NCBI GenBank assembly: GCA_047629805.1
Contig: JBLHUR010000002.1
Coordinates: 13,201 to 77,200 of the forward strand
DNA: 64,000 nt
Source: Akkermansiaceae bacterium
GTDB lineage: Bacteria; Verrucomicrobiota; Verrucomicrobiia; Verrucomicrobiales; Akkermansiaceae
Direction of reading: 5' to 3'
Positions 62,735 through 64,000 of the stretch are shown piece after piece (position 1 is the first letter of the stretch; each line of letters opens with the position of its first letter). A model generated the notes under the pieces. It was not told where the DNA came from, ran no database searches, and saw nothing but the letters and a program-made list of their open reading frames with translations. A program made the translations under genes and the position numbers.

Positions 62735-63238
62735 ATGGAGAGTTACGAAGTTTTTAAAGAGGCCTTCAAAAATTGTAGTCCTAAAGCAATCGCGAGCGAA
62801 TTAGGAGTTTCTCTTTCGCTGGTTTACAAGTGGGCTCAAGAGCAATCGGAAAGTGGGAGCGGTTCACGCAACCCGCTTGACCGGATCTTGGAAATCATCC
62901 GACTGACTGAGGAGGAACGCATCGTGGAGTGGCTCTGCGAGCGATGTAATGGTTACTTTGTCAGGAACCCGGAGAGTCGTTGTGAGAAGGGATTTGAAGT
63001 CCTGCCCGCTACCAATGAGATCGTGGCTCAGTTCTCGGGGCTACTTTCGCGGATTTCGCAAGCCGCATTAGATAGTTCGATCACCGAGGATGAAGCAGAG
63101 AGTATCCGAGAGCAATGGGATCGCTTGAAGTGTTACGGCGAAGGCTTCGTCCGATGCTGTGAAGAAGGTGACTTTGAAAAAATGGAAGTTGAAAAAGAAA
63201 AAGAGAAGGCGCCTGAGCCTCGTCGGACTCTTTATTAA
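62735..63238 (+). CDS. small HTH-containing regulatory protein, possibly phage CII-like
   Basis: AIASELGVSLSLVYKWAQ looks like a helix-turn-helix. Cys pairs follow, and the C-terminus is acidic/basic. The family assignment is weak. The start is ATG 62735. Confidence 0.55.
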   Translation: MESYEVFKEAFKNCSPKAIASELGVSLSLVYKWAQEQSESGSGSRNPLDRILEIIRLTEEERIVEWLCERCNGYFVRNPESRCEKGFEVLPATNEIVAQFSGLLSRISQAALDSSITEDEAESIREQWDRLKCYGEGFVRCCEEGDFEKMEVEKEKEKAPEPRRTLY

Positions 63239-63300
63239 ACCGGGATTTATTTTTTGATCCCGATTGCCCGGCCAAGGTTGGCGGGGTATATCTGGAACAG

Positions 63301-64000
63301 ATGACACACCCTGTCCGCACCCGCTTTGCTCCCTCCCCTACCGGCTATCTCCACGTGGGCGGAGCCCGAACCGCACTTTTCAACTGGCTCTTTGCCAAAC
63401 ATCACGGTGGAACTTTTGTCCTGCGAGTGGAGGACACCGACGCCGCACGAAATACCGAGGAAGCCCGCGCCGCAATTTTCGAAGGCCTGGAATGGCTGGG
63501 GCTGGACTGGGAAGGTCCGGGAAACGAGGGAAACTGCGGCCCCTACTACCAGTCACAACGCAGCGCCATTTATGAGGAGTGGTTCCAAAAGCTGGTGGCT
63601 GCCGATCGAGTTTACGAGGACGCCGGAGCTTGGCGGTTTCGCTTTGAGCGCAAGCCGGTGACCATGCACGACCTCGTCTGCGGCGAAGTCGTCATCGACT
63701 ACACCGATGAGTCCAACACTCCCGATATGGTCGTACGCCGGTCGGATGGCTCTTTCATGTTCCACTTTGTGAACGTGGTCGATGATTTGACGATGGGAAT
63801 TACCCACGCCATTCGCGGTGAGGATCACCTCATGAACACGCCCAAGCACTTGCAACTCATCGAGGCCTTTGGCAAAACTCCGCCAGCCTATGCCCACGTT
63901 CCGCTCATTTTAAATGGCGACGGCTCGAAGATGTCGAAGCGGGATGAAGGGGCAGCATTGGGAGACTACCCCAAACAAGGGTTCACTTCTGCCGCGGTCG
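63301..64000 (+). CDS. gltX: glutamate--tRNA ligase, N-terminal part (gene runs off the window end)
   Basis: My own translation from ATG 63301 gives MTHPVRTRFAPSPTGYLHVGGARTALFNWLFAKHHGGTFVLRVEDTDAARN. It contains the HIGH-type motif and a later KMSKR (gatgtcgaagcgg near 63930). There is no stop before the window end. Confidence 0.9.
   Translation, partial: MTHPVRTRFAPSPTGYLHVGGARTALFNWLFAKHHGGTFVLRVEDTDAARNTEEARAAIFEGLEWLGLDWEGPGNEGNCGPYYQSQRSAIYEEWFQKLVAADRVYEDAGAWRFRFERKPVTMHDLVCGEVVIDYTDESNTPDMVVRRSDGSFMFHFVNVVDDLTMGITHAIRGEDHLMNTPKHLQLIEAFGKTPPAYAHVPLILNGDGSKMSKRDEGAALGDYPKQGFTSAAV

Noticed and set aside
63241-63262. The hairpin CGGGAT-N10-ATCCCG after the HTH gene as an intrinsic terminator.
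   Set aside because: The stem is only 6 bp, and the T-run lies in the loop rather than 3' of the stem. The evidence is too weak.

Overview
This is a 64-kb chromosomal window with about 60 protein-coding genes. I saw no rRNA, tRNA or CRISPR array by eye. All family calls rest on motifs read from the translations, because no database search was possible.

Likely source (inference only): a Verrucomicrobiota/PVC-type bacterium. The hints are signal-peptide CE15 esterase and CxPxR sulfatase genes, a pseudopilin-rich type II secretion cluster, a MoxR-DUF58-BatA-type operon, and C-rich third codon positions that generate many long antisense shadow ORFs.

Housekeeping content:
- proA (partial), pyrR-pyrB-pyrC, trpD, cobB, mnmE, hisC, ubiE
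- miaB, xerC, der, kptA, xerD, rnhB, yraN, dus, gltX (partial)
- an MsbA-like exporter, an M1 peptidase, a CBS-DHH pyrophosphatase, a DAACS symporter and an LptF/G permease

Secretion genes are split in two. gspE-gspF plus an orphan ABC ATPase lie at 5.6-9.2 kb. gspG-H-I-J-K, L-like, M/PilO-like and PilP/GspC-like genes and the secretin lie at 38.3-46.5 kb.

Most interesting observations:
1. miaB carries an in-frame TGA exactly at the first conserved Fe-S cysteine (YG-C-QMN). A bipartite SECIS-like hairpin follows it, so this is either a candidate selenocysteine MiaB or a nonsense mutation or sequencing error.
2. A family of short intergenic repeats is built on AATCAC(C/G)G and TTCGTGGTT (AACCACGAA) cores. 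It includes a 72-bp block of two tandem octanucleotide repeats, plus ACACAGATT modules shared by distant loci.
3. A secreted-protein gene is split by a G8 homopolymer.
4. A structured sRNA-like region of about 155 nt with a strong intrinsic terminator sits in a divergent intergenic region.
5. A kptA-HD pair with overlapping stop and start is followed by a stand-alone degenerate helicase C-domain protein.
6. An arginase-fold protein has lost its metal ligands.
7. A small IS66-family transposase remnant is present.
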